The notes: a model not told the origin generated them from the letters alone. A stretch of 64,000 nucleotides of DNA from Minisyncoccota bacterium (GCA_041659785.1 JBAZXO010000001.1:177649-241648), one strand, 5' to 3'; shown: positions 37,135 to 47,763, numbered from the stretch's first letter. A program made the numbers and translations.

Positions 37135-37836
37135 TCATTGTACCAAACTTTTAAAAGTTTCGAGAGTGTCTATAGGGTCTCCACTTTTCCAAATAGCAGA
37201 ACCCACAGTAAGCCTGTCTGCATCGACATCTAGAAGCACGGGAGCATTTTCTAAATTAACACCACCATCCACGGATATAACCACTCCAGGCAATTCTTCC
37301 TTAAGATATTTTATATTTTCTACCACATTTTTATCAAATTCTTGCCCTTGAAAACCAATTTCATCTATTCCCATGCATTGCAAGAAATCAACTTTATTGG
37401 AAAGCTTGGATACAATAGACAAATCATCACTGGGCTTGAATGCAATACCTATTTCTACATTGTCTCGTGTGTACATATCTAAACCATCAAGAAAATGTTC
37501 AAATTCTTTTAAATCTTTTTGCGCATCTAGATGAAAGATAATTCTCTTGGGCCCGAGCTTCATATAGATTTCAAAATTTTCTACTGCATCTATCACCATC
37601 ATATCTAATTCGAAATCAAAATCTGTCCAAAATGGCAAACCTTCTTCTTCGTTTAAAATTTTAACAAAATCCTGATCGTCAAAGCCACCAGAGGCAAAAG
37701 GCCAAGTTTTATTTTTAACAAAAATTCCATCACAAATATCAATCTGCACGGTTTTCACTCGCCCCCGCAAAAAGGTAAGCTTATTTTTTATTTCACCATA
37801 ATCTTTTTCTAAAATTGCAGGAGTTATGCTAGCCAT
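37135..37836 (-). CDS. rpe: ribulose-phosphate 3-epimerase
   Basis: PAIL, DG.FV, GFQGQ.F, SVDGGVN, VGSAI; pentose-phosphate context. Confidence 0.85.
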   Translation of the reverse strand: MASITPAILEKDYGEIKNKLTFLRGRVKTVQIDICDGIFVKNKTWPFASGGFDDQDFVKILNEEEGLPFWTDFDFELDMMVIDAVENFEIYMKLGPKRIIFHLDAQKDLKEFEHFLDGLDMYTRDNVEIGIAFKPSDDLSIVSKLSNKVDFLQCMGIDEIGFQGQEFDKNVVENIKYLKEELPGVVISVDGGVNLENAPVLLDVDADRLTVGSAIWKSGDPIDTLETFKSLVQ

Positions 37837-37839
37837 AAA

Positions 37840-38322
37840 TTAGAATTTATTAATTCTTCGAACGTGTCTTTCCTCACCTTCAAATTTTGTAGACATGAAA
37901 AGTTCTATAGCAAATTTTATTTCATCTTCGGACAAGAACCGTACAGCTAAAGATAAAATATTTGCATTATTATGAACTCGAGTAAGTTTTATAATTTCAA
38001 AGGGGTCTATACTTTTTCTACCTTTTACGTCGATAGCATCCTTTGGTAAAGCTTCTCCATAAAATACAGCTGCTCGTGCACCATGCACTCTATTTGCACA
38101 CATTGCCTCCCCTTGACCCGAACCACCAAGTATAATTCCGAAACTTTCAGCATCCCCTGCCACAGCTTGCGCTACAGGAGTTATAAAGTCTGGATAATCA
38201 TCAGCTTCGTCATAGATAAAAGCGCCTTTGTCTTCTACGACATTTCCAAGTTCAGTAAAATATGTTTTTAATTTTTTTTTCAATTCATACCCTACATGAT
38301 CCGAGCCAATATAGATTTTCAT
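37840..38322 (-). CDS. rpiB: ribose-5-phosphate isomerase B
   Basis: IGSDHVG, DDYPD, GGSGQGE, HNNAN, RHVRRI; start refined to ATG 38322. Confidence 0.93.
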   Translation of the reverse strand: MKIYIGSDHVGYELKKKLKTYFTELGNVVEDKGAFIYDEADDYPDFITPVAQAVAGDAESFGIILGGSGQGEAMCANRVHGARAAVFYGEALPKDAIDVKGRKSIDPFEIIKLTRVHNNANILSLAVRFLSEDEIKFAIELFMSTKFEGEERHVRRINKF

Positions 38323-38364
38323 AAACATATTATAGCATTTTAAAAAATATAGTATAATCAAAAT

Positions 38365-39165
38365 ATGCTTAAATTTTACAAATATCACGGTGCCGGAAAT
38401 GACTTTATTTTCATAGATAATCGTGATAAAAAATTTGATATTAAAGATACGGAAAATATCAAATTGCTCTGCCATAGACGTTTTGGCATTGGGGCTGATG
38501 GACTAATCCTCTTAGAAAAAGAGAAAGGTTATGACTTTAGAATGGTCTTTATAAACAATGATGGCTCTATGGGGAGTATGTGCGGGAATGGCGGACGCTG
38601 TATAGTGCATTTTGCCAATAGTATTTTAAAAATTATTAAACCTGCCCGCCGTGGAGGGAGTCCTAAAAAAGTTAAATTCATAGCAGTGGATGGTGAGCAT
38701 GAGGCTGAAGTATTGAAAGATGGCCGAATAAAACTAAAAATGCAAGATGTAAAAGACATCGGAGAAAGAGATGGGCTAGCTTTCTTGTTTTCTGGAACCA
38801 CTCCACATCATATTCAATATGTGGTAAATGTAGAAAGTTTTCCAATTTGCGAAGAGGCTCGTAAAATTCGTGATAATGGTAAAAATCCTAAGGGTGTAAA
38901 TGTTAACTATGTAGAATATAAAAATGGAATCTTTTATGTACGCACTTATGAACGTGGTGTAGAGGATGAGACTCTCGCTTGTGGCACGGGAGCTACTTCT
39001 GTCGCCATCGCTTCACATCATCTAGGTATTTTAAAAGAAAATATTTGTCATATAAAAATGCCTGGCGGGGACCTCACTGTTGAATTCGAAAAAACAAAAG
39101 ACGGTTCTTATAAAAATGTCTGGCTCACTGGACCCGCTGTGTGCGTATTTCAGGGTGTGTTATAA
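38365..39165 (+). CDS. dapF: diaminopimelate epimerase
   Basis: KYHGAGNDF, GIGADG, MCGNG, ERGVEDETLACGTG. Confidence 0.93.
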   Translation: MLKFYKYHGAGNDFIFIDNRDKKFDIKDTENIKLLCHRRFGIGADGLILLEKEKGYDFRMVFINNDGSMGSMCGNGGRCIVHFANSILKIIKPARRGGSPKKVKFIAVDGEHEAEVLKDGRIKLKMQDVKDIGERDGLAFLFSGTTPHHIQYVVNVESFPICEEARKIRDNGKNPKGVNVNYVEYKNGIFYVRTYERGVEDETLACGTGATSVAIASHHLGILKENICHIKMPGGDLTVEFEKTKDGSYKNVWLTGPAVCVFQGVL

Positions 39166-39172
39166 TCCCAGG

Positions 39173-40156
39173 ATGCTTCAAAAGAAAAATATATTCAACG
39201 GCGAAAAAGCTATATTTAATTACTTAACCCCAAGATCCACAGGCCCAACACCAATAATTGAGCTTCCTTCTCGCCTCAATCCATACCTTAAAGATGGCGT
39301 GCATATTTATATAAAATTAGTTCAGAGTTTACCACTCGCCAACATCAAATCTCTCCCCGCTTATTTTATGCTTGATGCGATTCCTAAAAAGGAATTGGGT
39401 AAAATAAAACACCTCGTAGAATATTCATCTGGCAATACTGTAATGTCTTTAACTATTTTGGCACGGCATTTCGGCATACCAAATATTCATGCAATTATCA
39501 CACCTGAAGTTCCTAAAAATAAACAAAATTTATTACGTCTTTTAGGCACTGACCTCATCATCTCGCACGGTCCCTCTTCACCAGATGTAAAAAGTAATAA
39601 GGGTGGTATCTGGGATGCAGCGCAAATGGGCAAAAAGCCAGGCTGGAAAAATTTACAACAATACATAAATCCAAACAGTCCAAAAGCATCAAATGAAATA
39701 ATTGGTAAAGAACTTTTCGAACAATTAGGTAAAAAAATAAATATCCTCTGTGCAGCTTTGGGTACAGGTGGGACGATTACCGGCAGTGCGACTTATTTAA
39801 AAAAGAAAATTCCAAATCTTTATGTGATAGCTACGTCGATAAAAAAAGGTAGCTCCATCCCTGGAGCTCGTGGAGAAGATGCAGTAAAAAAACTTTTCTT
39901 CCCCTGGGAAAAAGTAGTGGACTTAGAGTTTCCTGTAGCTACTCGGCCAGCATTTGAAATGAGCCTCAAGCTTATTCGTGAAGGAATCTTCGTCGGCCCT
40001 TCGACAGGTATGCAACTCGCAGGAATCTTAGAAACTTTGGCAAGATTAAAGAAAGAGAAAAAACTTAAGAAAAACACAAACGCTGTCTTAATAGCCTGCG
40101 ACACAATGTTCCCTTATATAGAGGATTATTTTACTGTGTTACCTGAACTTAAATAG
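39173..40156 (+). CDS. PLP-dependent cysteine synthase family protein
   Basis: TPIIEL, EYSSGNT, QYINP, GTGGT, EGIFVGPSTG; start refined to ATG after TGTTATAAT. Confidence 0.85.
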   Translation: MLQKKNIFNGEKAIFNYLTPRSTGPTPIIELPSRLNPYLKDGVHIYIKLVQSLPLANIKSLPAYFMLDAIPKKELGKIKHLVEYSSGNTVMSLTILARHFGIPNIHAIITPEVPKNKQNLLRLLGTDLIISHGPSSPDVKSNKGGIWDAAQMGKKPGWKNLQQYINPNSPKASNEIIGKELFEQLGKKINILCAALGTGGTITGSATYLKKKIPNLYVIATSIKKGSSIPGARGEDAVKKLFFPWEKVVDLEFPVATRPAFEMSLKLIREGIFVGPSTGMQLAGILETLARLKKEKKLKKNTNAVLIACDTMFPYIEDYFTVLPELK

Positions 40157-40158
40157 CC

Positions 40159-40183
40159 TTTACGAAGGGCTGTCCTTCGTAAA
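40159..40183. repeat. REP-like palindrome, copy 2
   Basis: TTTACGAAGG-gctgt-CCTTCGTAAA; 24/25 identical to the reverse complement of 10047-10071. Confidence 0.8.
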
Positions 40184-40189
40184 CTAGGT

Positions 40190-40218
40190 TTGACAAAAGT
40201 GTTATGAGGTGGTACTAT
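40190..40218 (+). promoter_or_regulatory. sigma70 promoter
   Basis: TTGACA-17-TACTAT with extended TG. Confidence 0.65.
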
Positions 40219-40310
40219 TCAGGTTGAATGTGCACTTCTTCGACAAATTGATCCCTTGGCATCTCGCCAAATGGACCACATCTTTTTCTCAAAAAAAACT
40301 GGAGATTCCG

Positions 40311-40742
40311 ATGAGACAAGAAACCAAATCATCTCAAGAAGCATTTCATGACACAACCCTTTGGATACTCTTTTTTCTAGTTTTGTTTACGGTGTCAAGT
40401 TTTTGGACATTTGTGACATCCGAACAAATACCGAAACCGAAACAAGAAGGGGTCGTTCTCCGCATGGAGGGATGGGCAAAGCTGATGAAGAAACCCATTC
40501 CCATTGTTCGTTCTGATATTTCCATCCAACCAACCATTGGGCTCACGCAGGTGGAGATTGAGATGGGCAGGGTCCAGATGACTGCATTTTATCCAGGAAG
40601 ACTTGGAGATATCGGTTTCTGGAAAGTGGGAGATGAGGTTATGGTGACATCGTTCCAATGTAAGGGTACAGGAACGCTAAGCCAGACTTCTCCGCCTTCA
40701 ACAATCTATATCGTGATCGGATATCGCCCTCAAAAGCAATAA
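40311..40742 (+). CDS. hypothetical (orphan) membrane-anchored protein
   Basis: ATG at 40311 with GGAG SD; N-terminal TM; own promoter and terminator. Confidence 0.65.
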   Translation: MRQETKSSQEAFHDTTLWILFFLVLFTVSSFWTFVTSEQIPKPKQEGVVLRMEGWAKLMKKPIPIVRSDISIQPTIGLTQVEIEMGRVQMTAFYPGRLGDIGFWKVGDEVMVTSFQCKGTGTLSQTSPPSTIYIVIGYRPQKQ

Positions 40743-40760
40743 TCCTTTCACTATCCGCAC

Positions 40761-40793
40761 AAAAGCCGCATGGTTCGCCCAGCGGCTTTTTTT
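40761..40793. terminator. bidirectional terminator
   Basis: AAAAGCCGC...GCGGCTTTTTTT. Confidence 0.7.
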
Positions 40794-40816
40794 ATTTGTA
40801 AAATTTTGAGAAAGTT

Positions 40817-41854
40817 TTATTTTATCGTACTCCCTGTTTTAATAACATGATCTACTAGGGTGTATGTATACCCCATTTCGTTGTCATACCAGCCCATGAC
40901 TTTTACTAAATTTCCATCTACCACACGAGTCATTTTTAAGTCTGCGATAGAACCATATCTACTTCCCAGAATATCACTCGAGACGAGATCTTCATTCGTA
41001 ATAGAGAAAATGCCTTCCCATCTTTTATCTTTCGATGCTTTTTCCAAAATTTCATTTACTTCTTCTTTTGAAGTATTTTTCTTTGAAATAAAAGTGACGT
41101 CCACGATAGACCCAGCTGGCACAGGTACTCTCATCGATACACCATCAAAAAGTCCTTCTAATTTTGTAAACGCTTTTGTCACAGCGATAGCTGCTCCAGT
41201 AGAACTAGGCACAATGTTTTGTGCAGCTGCACGCCCTTCACGAAAATCTTTTTTATTTGGTCCATCGACAATTGCTTGAGAAGCAGTATATCCATGCACT
41301 GTGTTTAAAATTGCTTTCTCTATACCAAGAGCTTCATCTAGTATTGCGATAAGTGGTGAGGCAGCATTTGTGGTACAAGATGCATTGGAAGTAATATCAC
41401 AAGTACCGAATTTTTCTTCATTCACACCCATTAAAATTGTTTCCCCTTCAACTGTTCCGTCTCCATCTTTCGCGGGGGCAGAAATCACAACTTTTTTAGC
41501 GCCAGCATCCAAGTGAACTTTCGCTTTGTCATAAGAAGTGAAAAGTCCAGTGGACTCTACGACTACGTCAATGTCTAAATCTTTCCAAGGAAGAAGTGTT
41601 GGATCTTTTTGAGCAAGAACCTTAACTCTCTTTTCGCCAATAATAATATCACTTGTCCCGTTAGAAATTTCAGTTCTAATGGGATGATTCCACTGCCTAT
41701 AAACCGTGTCATATTTAAGTAAATAAGCCATATTCGCAATGTCACCTAGGTCATTCACAGCCACGACTTCAATTTCTGGACGTTCATATGCAATCTTTAA
41801 AAAAGCCCTACCTATTCTGCCGAAACCATTAATTCCTACTCGTATTTTTTTCAT
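40817..41854 (-). CDS. gap: type I glyceraldehyde-3-phosphate dehydrogenase
   Basis: GINGFGRIGR, SNASCTTN, WYDNE; start refined to MKKIRV. Confidence 0.97.
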   Translation of the reverse strand: MKKIRVGINGFGRIGRAFLKIAYERPEIEVVAVNDLGDIANMAYLLKYDTVYRQWNHPIRTEISNGTSDIIIGEKRVKVLAQKDPTLLPWKDLDIDVVVESTGLFTSYDKAKVHLDAGAKKVVISAPAKDGDGTVEGETILMGVNEEKFGTCDITSNASCTTNAASPLIAILDEALGIEKAILNTVHGYTASQAIVDGPNKKDFREGRAAAQNIVPSSTGAAIAVTKAFTKLEGLFDGVSMRVPVPAGSIVDVTFISKKNTSKEEVNEILEKASKDKRWEGIFSITNEDLVSSDILGSRYGSIADLKMTRVVDGNLVKVMGWYDNEMGYTYTLVDHVIKTGSTIK

Positions 41855-41933
41855 AATTTTTCGATAAAATTTTAATACCCTTATTATATCAAAAAAATAA
41901 ACAAAATGTGCTATTATGCAAAGAACAAAAGAT

Positions 41934-44900
41934 ATGGAAAAAGACACCGAACCAAAATTTATACACCTCCATACCCACAGCCACTATTCACTATTGGATG
42001 GGCTTTCTAAGCTCGAAGATTTAGTTGATCTAGCCAAGAAATTCGAAATGCCGGCGATAGCCATCACTGATCATGGCAATATGTACGGAGCTATTGAATT
42101 TTATAAATTAGCAAAAAAAGCTGGCATCAAACCAATCATCGGAGTAGAGGCTTATGTAGCAAATCGTAGCAGGCTAAATAAAGATCCTGGTATAGACAAC
42201 AAAAGATATCACCTCACTTTGCTCGCAAAAAATATGCAAGGTTATAAAAATTTAATGAGGCTGGTAACAATTTCTAACATCGAAGGGTTTTATTACAAAC
42301 CTAGAATGGATAAAGAGATATTGAAAAAATACAGTGATGGCATTATCGCCCTCTCTGGATGTCTCGGCGGAGAATTATCTCGTGCGCTCTCTAATAAAAA
42401 TATTGAACTCGCTGAAGAAATAATAAAGGAACATCAAGAAATTTTCGGTAAAGAAAATTATTTTTTAGAAATAATGAAACACAGTACTGTACCAGGTGAC
42501 GAAGAAGTGCGAACAGAAATTATTAAACTTGGAAAGAAATTTAATATTCCACTCGTGGGTACGATCGACTCACATTATCCCTGTTCCGATGACAACAAAG
42601 CTCATGAGACATTGCTCGCAATACAAACAAACTCTGACATTAAGGATGAAAACAAATTTTCTTTTGGTGAAGATGATTATTCTTTTATAGACACAAAAAA
42701 GGCACAGGAAATTTTCAAAGATACACCAGAAGCTGTTACCAATACAGCGAAGATAGCAGACATGTGTAATGTAGAGCTAGAATTGGGCCGTTGGGTTTTC
42801 CCTGATTTTAAAATAGAAGATGGAAAGACTGCCGATGCAAAGTTGCGCGAGCTTGCTTATGCCGGTTTTGAAAGACTTGGTTTAAAAGAAACTCCAGAGA
42901 TAAAAGAACGAGTAGAATATGAACTAAAAATTATTTGCGATAAAGGATATTCTCCTTACTTCTTGGTGGTGGGAGATCTTCTGCGTTTTGCGAAAGAAAA
43001 CGGCATCCTAAGTGCCATTAGAGGCTCAGTCGCAGGATCCATGGTCACTTATCTTTTAGGAATTACGAATATAAACCCTATTGAGTACAAGCTCCCCTTC
43101 GAAAGATTCTTAAATCCATTTCGTCCTTCACCTCCCGATATCGATATGGATTACGCCGACAACAGACGCGATGAAATGATTGAATATGTAAAAAGTAAAT
43201 ACGGTGAAGATAAAGTCGCGCAGATCGGAACTTTCGGTACAATGATGGCCAAAGGTGCCGTGCGTGATGTGGCCCGAGCCCTTGCTTATCCTTACACTAT
43301 CGGAGACAGAATTTCGAAAATGATTCCAATGGGTTCACAAGGTATGCCCATGACCATAGACCATGCTATGGAAATAGTTCCAGAGTTAAAAGATGCTTAT
43401 GAAAAAGAAAAAGACACAAGGGAGATAATAGACTTAGCAAAAAAGCTCGAAGGCTGTGTTAGACACATCTCCGTGCATGCCGCTGGAGTGGTCATTGCTC
43501 CTCGCCCAATCTATGAATACATGCCAACCCAGCTCGACCCTAAGGGCGGAAAAATAATTACTCAGTACGATATGTATAGTGCTGAAGATGCAGGACTACT
43601 AAAATTCGACTTCTTGGGAATTAGAAACTTAGCAATCCTCTCTGATGCGATAACTTTAGTTAAGAAATTTTATAATACAGATATAGATATCGAACGTATA
43701 CCGCTTGATGATAAAAAGACTTTCGAACTACTCGCAAATGGTCAGACTGAAGGTCTGTTTCAACTAAATGGTAGTGGTATGACCAGATACTTAAAGGAGC
43801 TCAAACCTACTTCAATCCATGACATAAACGCGATGGTGGCCCTTTATCGTCCGGGCCCGATGGAATCAATACCAGAATATATCAAGCGCAAGCACAACCC
43901 AAGACTCGTAAAATATTTAGATCCAAGAATGAAAAAGTTCCTTGGGGAATCATACGGGCTTATAGTCTACCAAGACGACCTGCTCTTTTGTGCGATAGAC
44001 CTAGCCGGCTACAACTGGGAAGAAGCGGATAAATTCCGTAAGGCTGTCGGTAAAAAAATTCCTAAAGAAATGGCTGCGCAGAGAGAGAAATTTACGGAAG
44101 GTATAATAACAAACGGTCAGACTCCAGAATTTGCTGAAAAACTATGGAAACTCTTCGAGCCGTTTCAGGCTTATGGTTTTAATAAAGCACATGCAGCCTC
44201 ATATGGAAGAGTGGCGTACCACACAGCCTATATGAAAGCCCACTACCCTGTGGAATATATGACAGCAATCCTCACTGCTGAGTCCGGTGATGTAGAAAAA
44301 ATTTCTGAAATTATCGAAGAGTGTAAGAAAATGAATATTCTGATTCTTCCACCAAACATCAATGAAAGTTACGGAGGCTTTACTTGCTTACCTCATGAAA
44401 AAGATACAAAAATAAGTAATGAAAACAAAAGTGAGAAAATTAGATTTGGTTTCTATACTATTAAAAATCTTGGCACCGATATTTCCGACGCAATCATCGC
44501 GGAGAGAAAGTTAAATGGTAAATTTACCTCTATTACAAATTTCTTAGATAGAATTAAGCATAAAAATTTAAACAAGAAATCAATTGAAGCGTTAATTAAG
44601 TCTGGATGTATGGATGACTGGGAAGATCGAGGAATACTCCTAGCCAATGAAGAAGCAATGCTCGAATACAATCATGAAAATTCTAAACAAAATGAAAACC
44701 AAGTTTCTCTTTTTGGTGGCACTTCCTTAACCAAAGCCCCAGAATTCAAATTACAACCTGGGAAAGCTGCAAATCAAGCAGAAAAGTTGCTTTGGGAAAA
44801 GGAACTTTTGGGACTTTATATTTCTGGACATCCTCTCGACCGCTTACGTGAGAAACTAGAAAAACGAGATATAAACATCAAAAAGATAAAAGAAGAACTC

Positions 44901-45152
44901 GGCAATGGCATGCCCGTAACTATCGCCGGAATAATAGAAAACTCACGACAAGTCGTAACGAAAAATAATGAACGTATGGCATTCCTAAAGATTGCTGACC
45001 TGACCGACTCCATCGAAGCTGTATGCTTCCCTTCTATATTTAAAGAATGTGTAGATATCCTAGTCGCTGAAAAGTGCATAGCCCTTTCTGGAAAAGTCTC
45101 CTTCAAAAACGGCGAAAAGAGCATCATCATCGAAGCAGTAAAGGAAATTTAA
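41934..45152 (+). CDS. dnaE: DNA polymerase III alpha subunit
   Basis: [41 protein letters not shown]-terminal OB fold (start 41916 or 41934). Confidence 0.97.
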   Translation: MEKDTEPKFIHLHTHSHYSLLDGLSKLEDLVDLAKKFEMPAIAITDHGNMYGAIEFYKLAKKAGIKPIIGVEAYVANRSRLNKDPGIDNKRYHLTLLAKNMQGYKNLMRLVTISNIEGFYYKPRMDKEILKKYSDGIIALSGCLGGELSRALSNKNIELAEEIIKEHQEIFGKENYFLEIMKHSTVPGDEEVRTEIIKLGKKFNIPLVGTIDSHYPCSDDNKAHETLLAIQTNSDIKDENKFSFGEDDYSFIDTKKAQEIFKDTPEAVTNTAKIADMCNVELELGRWVFPDFKIEDGKTADAKLRELAYAGFERLGLKETPEIKERVEYELKIICDKGYSPYFLVVGDLLRFAKENGILSAIRGSVAGSMVTYLLGITNINPIEYKLPFERFLNPFRPSPPDIDMDYADNRRDEMIEYVKSKYGEDKVAQIGTFGTMMAKGAVRDVARALAYPYTIGDRISKMIPMGSQGMPMTIDHAMEIVPELKDAYEKEKDTREIIDLAKKLEGCVRHISVHAAGVVIAPRPIYEYMPTQLDPKGGKIITQYDMYSAEDAGLLKFDFLGIRNLAILSDAITLVKKFYNTDIDIERIPLDDKKTFELLANGQTEGLFQLNGSGMTRYLKELKPTSIHDINAMVALYRPGPMESIPEYIKRKHNPRLVKYLDPRMKKFLGESYGLIVYQDDLLFCAIDLAGYNWEEADKFRKAVGKKIPKEMAAQREKFTEGIITNGQTPEFAEKLWKLFEPFQAYGFNKAHAASYGRVAYHTAYMKAHYPVEYMTAILTAESGDVEKISEIIEECKKMNILILPPNINESYGGFTCLPHEKDTKISNENKSEKIRFGFYTIKNLGTDISDAIIAERKLNGKFTSITNFLDRIKHKNLNKKSIEALIKSGCMDDWEDRGILLANEEAMLEYNHENSKQNENQVSLFGGTSLTKAPEFKLQPGKAANQAEKLLWEKELLGLYISGHPLDRLREKLEKRDINIKKIKEELGNGMPVTIAGIIENSRQVVTKNNERMAFLKIADLTDSIEAVCFPSIFKECVDILVAEKCIALSGKVSFKNGEKSIIIEAVKEI

Positions 45153-45155
45153 TAT

Positions 45156-45695
45156 TTAATTATAGAGAGACATCGCTTTTTCTTTACTCTCAGAAAAAAC
45201 AGTTTCTACTATTTCGGCGACTTTTTTAGATAATTTTTTAAGTGTTTCTAATTCTGGTTTCTTAAATTCACCAAGCAAAAAATTTAATACGGCCTTCTCC
45301 CCTGTTGGCTTTTTTAATTTTCCAGATGGTGTCGCGGGTGATATCCCAACTCTAATACGCAAAAATTCTTCACTCTTTACAGATTTGATGACAGAAGCGA
45401 GGCCATTGTGTCCACCCGAAGAACGATTAAAGGAAATTTTAATCTTCCCTAAAGGCAAATCAATGTCATCATATATAACTATCAGATCTTTCAAATCTTT
45501 ATTTGTCTTTATCAAAGGAGCGACAGCTTTCCCAGAATTATTCATAAAGGTATCTGGAGTAAGAAATTTAATTTTCTTTTTTTCTCCTTCTTTTTCGAGT
45601 TTCTTCTCAACCATGCCCACTAAAATACGCCCGGTATTATGCCTTGTGTTTTCGTATTCTTTTCCAGGATTTCCTAAGCCAACTACTAATTTCAT
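45156..45695 (-). CDS. pth: peptidyl-tRNA hydrolase
   Basis: VGLGNPG..Y..TRHN, FMNNSG, GGHNG. Confidence 0.95.
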   Translation of the reverse strand: MKLVVGLGNPGKEYENTRHNTGRILVGMVEKKLEKEGEKKKIKFLTPDTFMNNSGKAVAPLIKTNKDLKDLIVIYDDIDLPLGKIKISFNRSSGGHNGLASVIKSVKSEEFLRIRVGISPATPSGKLKKPTGEKAVLNFLLGEFKKPELETLKKLSKKVAEIVETVFSESKEKAMSLYN

Positions 45696-45714
45696 AAATA
45701 CATAGTAACATAGA

Positions 45715-45788
45715 ACCTCACCCCTGTCTGCCTAAGGCAGACTTCCCCTCTCCAAACAAAATGCTTGGAGAGGGGTTAGGGGTGAGGT
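45715..45788. repeat. nested palindromic element ACCTCACCCC...CCCCTCTCC...GGAGAGGGG...GGGGTGAGGT
   Basis: Three nested inverted repeats; same family as the in-frame insert in lepA (26314-26369). Confidence 0.8.
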
Positions 45789-45848
45789 AATTTATTACAA
45801 AACAAATTCCCCTACCCTGTCAAGGATTTTTTATGTTATATTGTAGCA

Positions 45849-46454
45849 ATGGAAGACATTAAACAAGATATGCCTATAAAGGCAATAGAGAAAACACAAG
45901 AAAAGACAAAGATGCAGTCATTTTGGGAGCTTGTACGCTTTGCTTTTATCGCATTAATAATAGTAGTCCCAATACGCGTATTAATAGCTGAACCATTCAT
46001 TGTGTCTGGAAGTTCTATGGTCCCCACCTTTACAAATGGGGATTATTTAATAATAGACAAAATATCTTATAGATTGAGCGATCCTAAAAGGGATGACGTA
46101 GTAGTCTTCCGATACCCAGGTGACACAACAAAATTCTTTATTAAAAGAATTATTGGTCTACCAAATGAAACAGTAGATATAAAAGGTAATGATGTAACGA
46201 TAACCAAAGGAGACAAAACTACCACACTCAAAATTGACCAGCCTTTCGTAAAAAATCCTGCAAACAATGAAACACATTTTGAATTAAAGGGAGATGAGTA
46301 TTTCGTAATGGGCGACAATAGAGGCGCTAGCTCTGACTCAAGATATTGGGGAGCAGTAAAAAGAAATCTCTTAACGGGTAGAGCTTTCTTACGCTTGTTA
46401 CCAATAAATAAAATAGATGTATTGCCTGGCAATTATAAACAAATAGAACAATAA
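45849..46454 (+). CDS. lepB: signal peptidase I
   Basis: GSSMVPT, FIKRIIGLP, GDNR..SSDSR. Confidence 0.95.
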   Translation: MEDIKQDMPIKAIEKTQEKTKMQSFWELVRFAFIALIIVVPIRVLIAEPFIVSGSSMVPTFTNGDYLIIDKISYRLSDPKRDDVVVFRYPGDTTKFFIKRIIGLPNETVDIKGNDVTITKGDKTTTLKIDQPFVKNPANNETHFELKGDEYFVMGDNRGASSDSRYWGAVKRNLLTGRAFLRLLPINKIDVLPGNYKQIEQ

Positions 46455-46455
46455 T

Positions 46456-47763
46456 ATGAAAAAATCATCAAACGCAAACAAAGCTAAGATGTCAGAAGTT
46501 TCTTCACCCAAGGGAATGAGAGATTTGATGAATGAAGATTATTATTCTTTTCAAGGATTTTTTGAAAAAGCACAAGAAGTGGCAGTGTATTATGGTTTCA
46601 AACCAATTGATACTCCAATGCTTGAACAAGAAGAAATATTTACCACGACCATAGGAGAAGGTACAGATATCATAGATAAAGAGATGTACACTCTAAAAAC
46701 TAAAGGCGGAGATCACCTAGCTCTTCGTCCAGAACACACTGCTCCCCTCATGCGTGCTTATATCGAACACGGAATGCAGACAATGCCTCAGCCTGTAATG
46801 TTTTATCAGTATGGTCCAGTCTTTAGACATGATAAACCTCAGCGCGGACGTTACCGACAATTTTGGCAATTTGATTTAGACTGTTTGGGAAATGACAAAA
46901 GCATTATGGATGCGCTTGTTATCAAAACAGGAATGACTATATTAGAAGAAGCTGGAGCAACCAACTTAACAATTGATGTAAACTCAATAGGAGACAAAGA
47001 GTGTAGAAATGTATATTTAAAAGAACTCACGAGTTATTACAAAAAACACATTAATAGCTTACCAGCAGTGGATCGTGAAAGATTAAAAACAAACCCACTT
47101 CGCGTATTGGACTCAAAAGAAGAAAAGACAAAAGAAATTAATGAGAATGCTCCAGATTCTGTATCTTTCCTGTGTGCTTCTTGTAAAAAACACTTTAAAG
47201 AGGTATTGGAATACTTAGAAGAAATGGGTATACAATATAATGTAAATAAAAACTTAGTACGTGGACTTTCTTATTACACTCGTACTGTTTTTGAAATAAT
47301 AGAACAAGCGGGTGGAGAAGATGGTACTCCATTAACTCTCGCCGGTGGCGGACGTTATGACTATCTAGCTCGTCAAATCGGGAGCAAGCGTGATGTACCA
47401 GCGATAGGAATATCTATTGGTGTAGATCGAATAGTTGCATCAGCTTGGTATAAAAAACTCTCCCCTCGTATATTGAAGAAGCCAAAAATTTACTTTATTC
47501 AATTGGGCTCTGAAGCAAAATTAAAAAGCCTAAACATTATCGAAATATTACGCAAAGCACACATGCCTATTGCTCAATCCCTATCAAAAGACAGCCTAGG
47601 ATCTCAGCTCGCTATCGCTGAAAAGCTTTCTATCCCCTACGCAATAATCTTCGGACTAAAAGAAGCTCTCGATAATTCTGTTATTGTACGAGATATGTCC
47701 AATAGATCACAAGAAACTGTAAAATTAAGTAAACTTCTAGAATACTTAAAAGAACTAAAATAA
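46456..47763 (+). CDS. hisS: histidine--tRNA ligase
   Basis: KGMRD, LRPEHT, QRGRYRQF, LVRGLSYY, GGRYD. Confidence 0.97.
   Translation: MKKSSNANKAKMSEVSSPKGMRDLMNEDYYSFQGFFEKAQEVAVYYGFKPIDTPMLEQEEIFTTTIGEGTDIIDKEMYTLKTKGGDHLALRPEHTAPLMRAYIEHGMQTMPQPVMFYQYGPVFRHDKPQRGRYRQFWQFDLDCLGNDKSIMDALVIKTGMTILEEAGATNLTIDVNSIGDKECRNVYLKELTSYYKKHINSLPAVDRERLKTNPLRVLDSKEEKTKEINENAPDSVSFLCASCKKHFKEVLEYLEEMGIQYNVNKNLVRGLSYYTRTVFEIIEQAGGEDGTPLTLAGGGRYDYLARQIGSKRDVPAIGISIGVDRIVASAWYKKLSPRILKKPKIYFIQLGSEAKLKSLNIIEILRKAHMPIAQSLSKDSLGSQLAIAEKLSIPYAIIFGLKEALDNSVIVRDMSNRSQETVKLSKLLEYLKELK

Noticed and set aside
41934-45152. Possible intein in dnaE
   Set aside because: Normal length, continuous motifs, no intein or LAGLIDADG signatures
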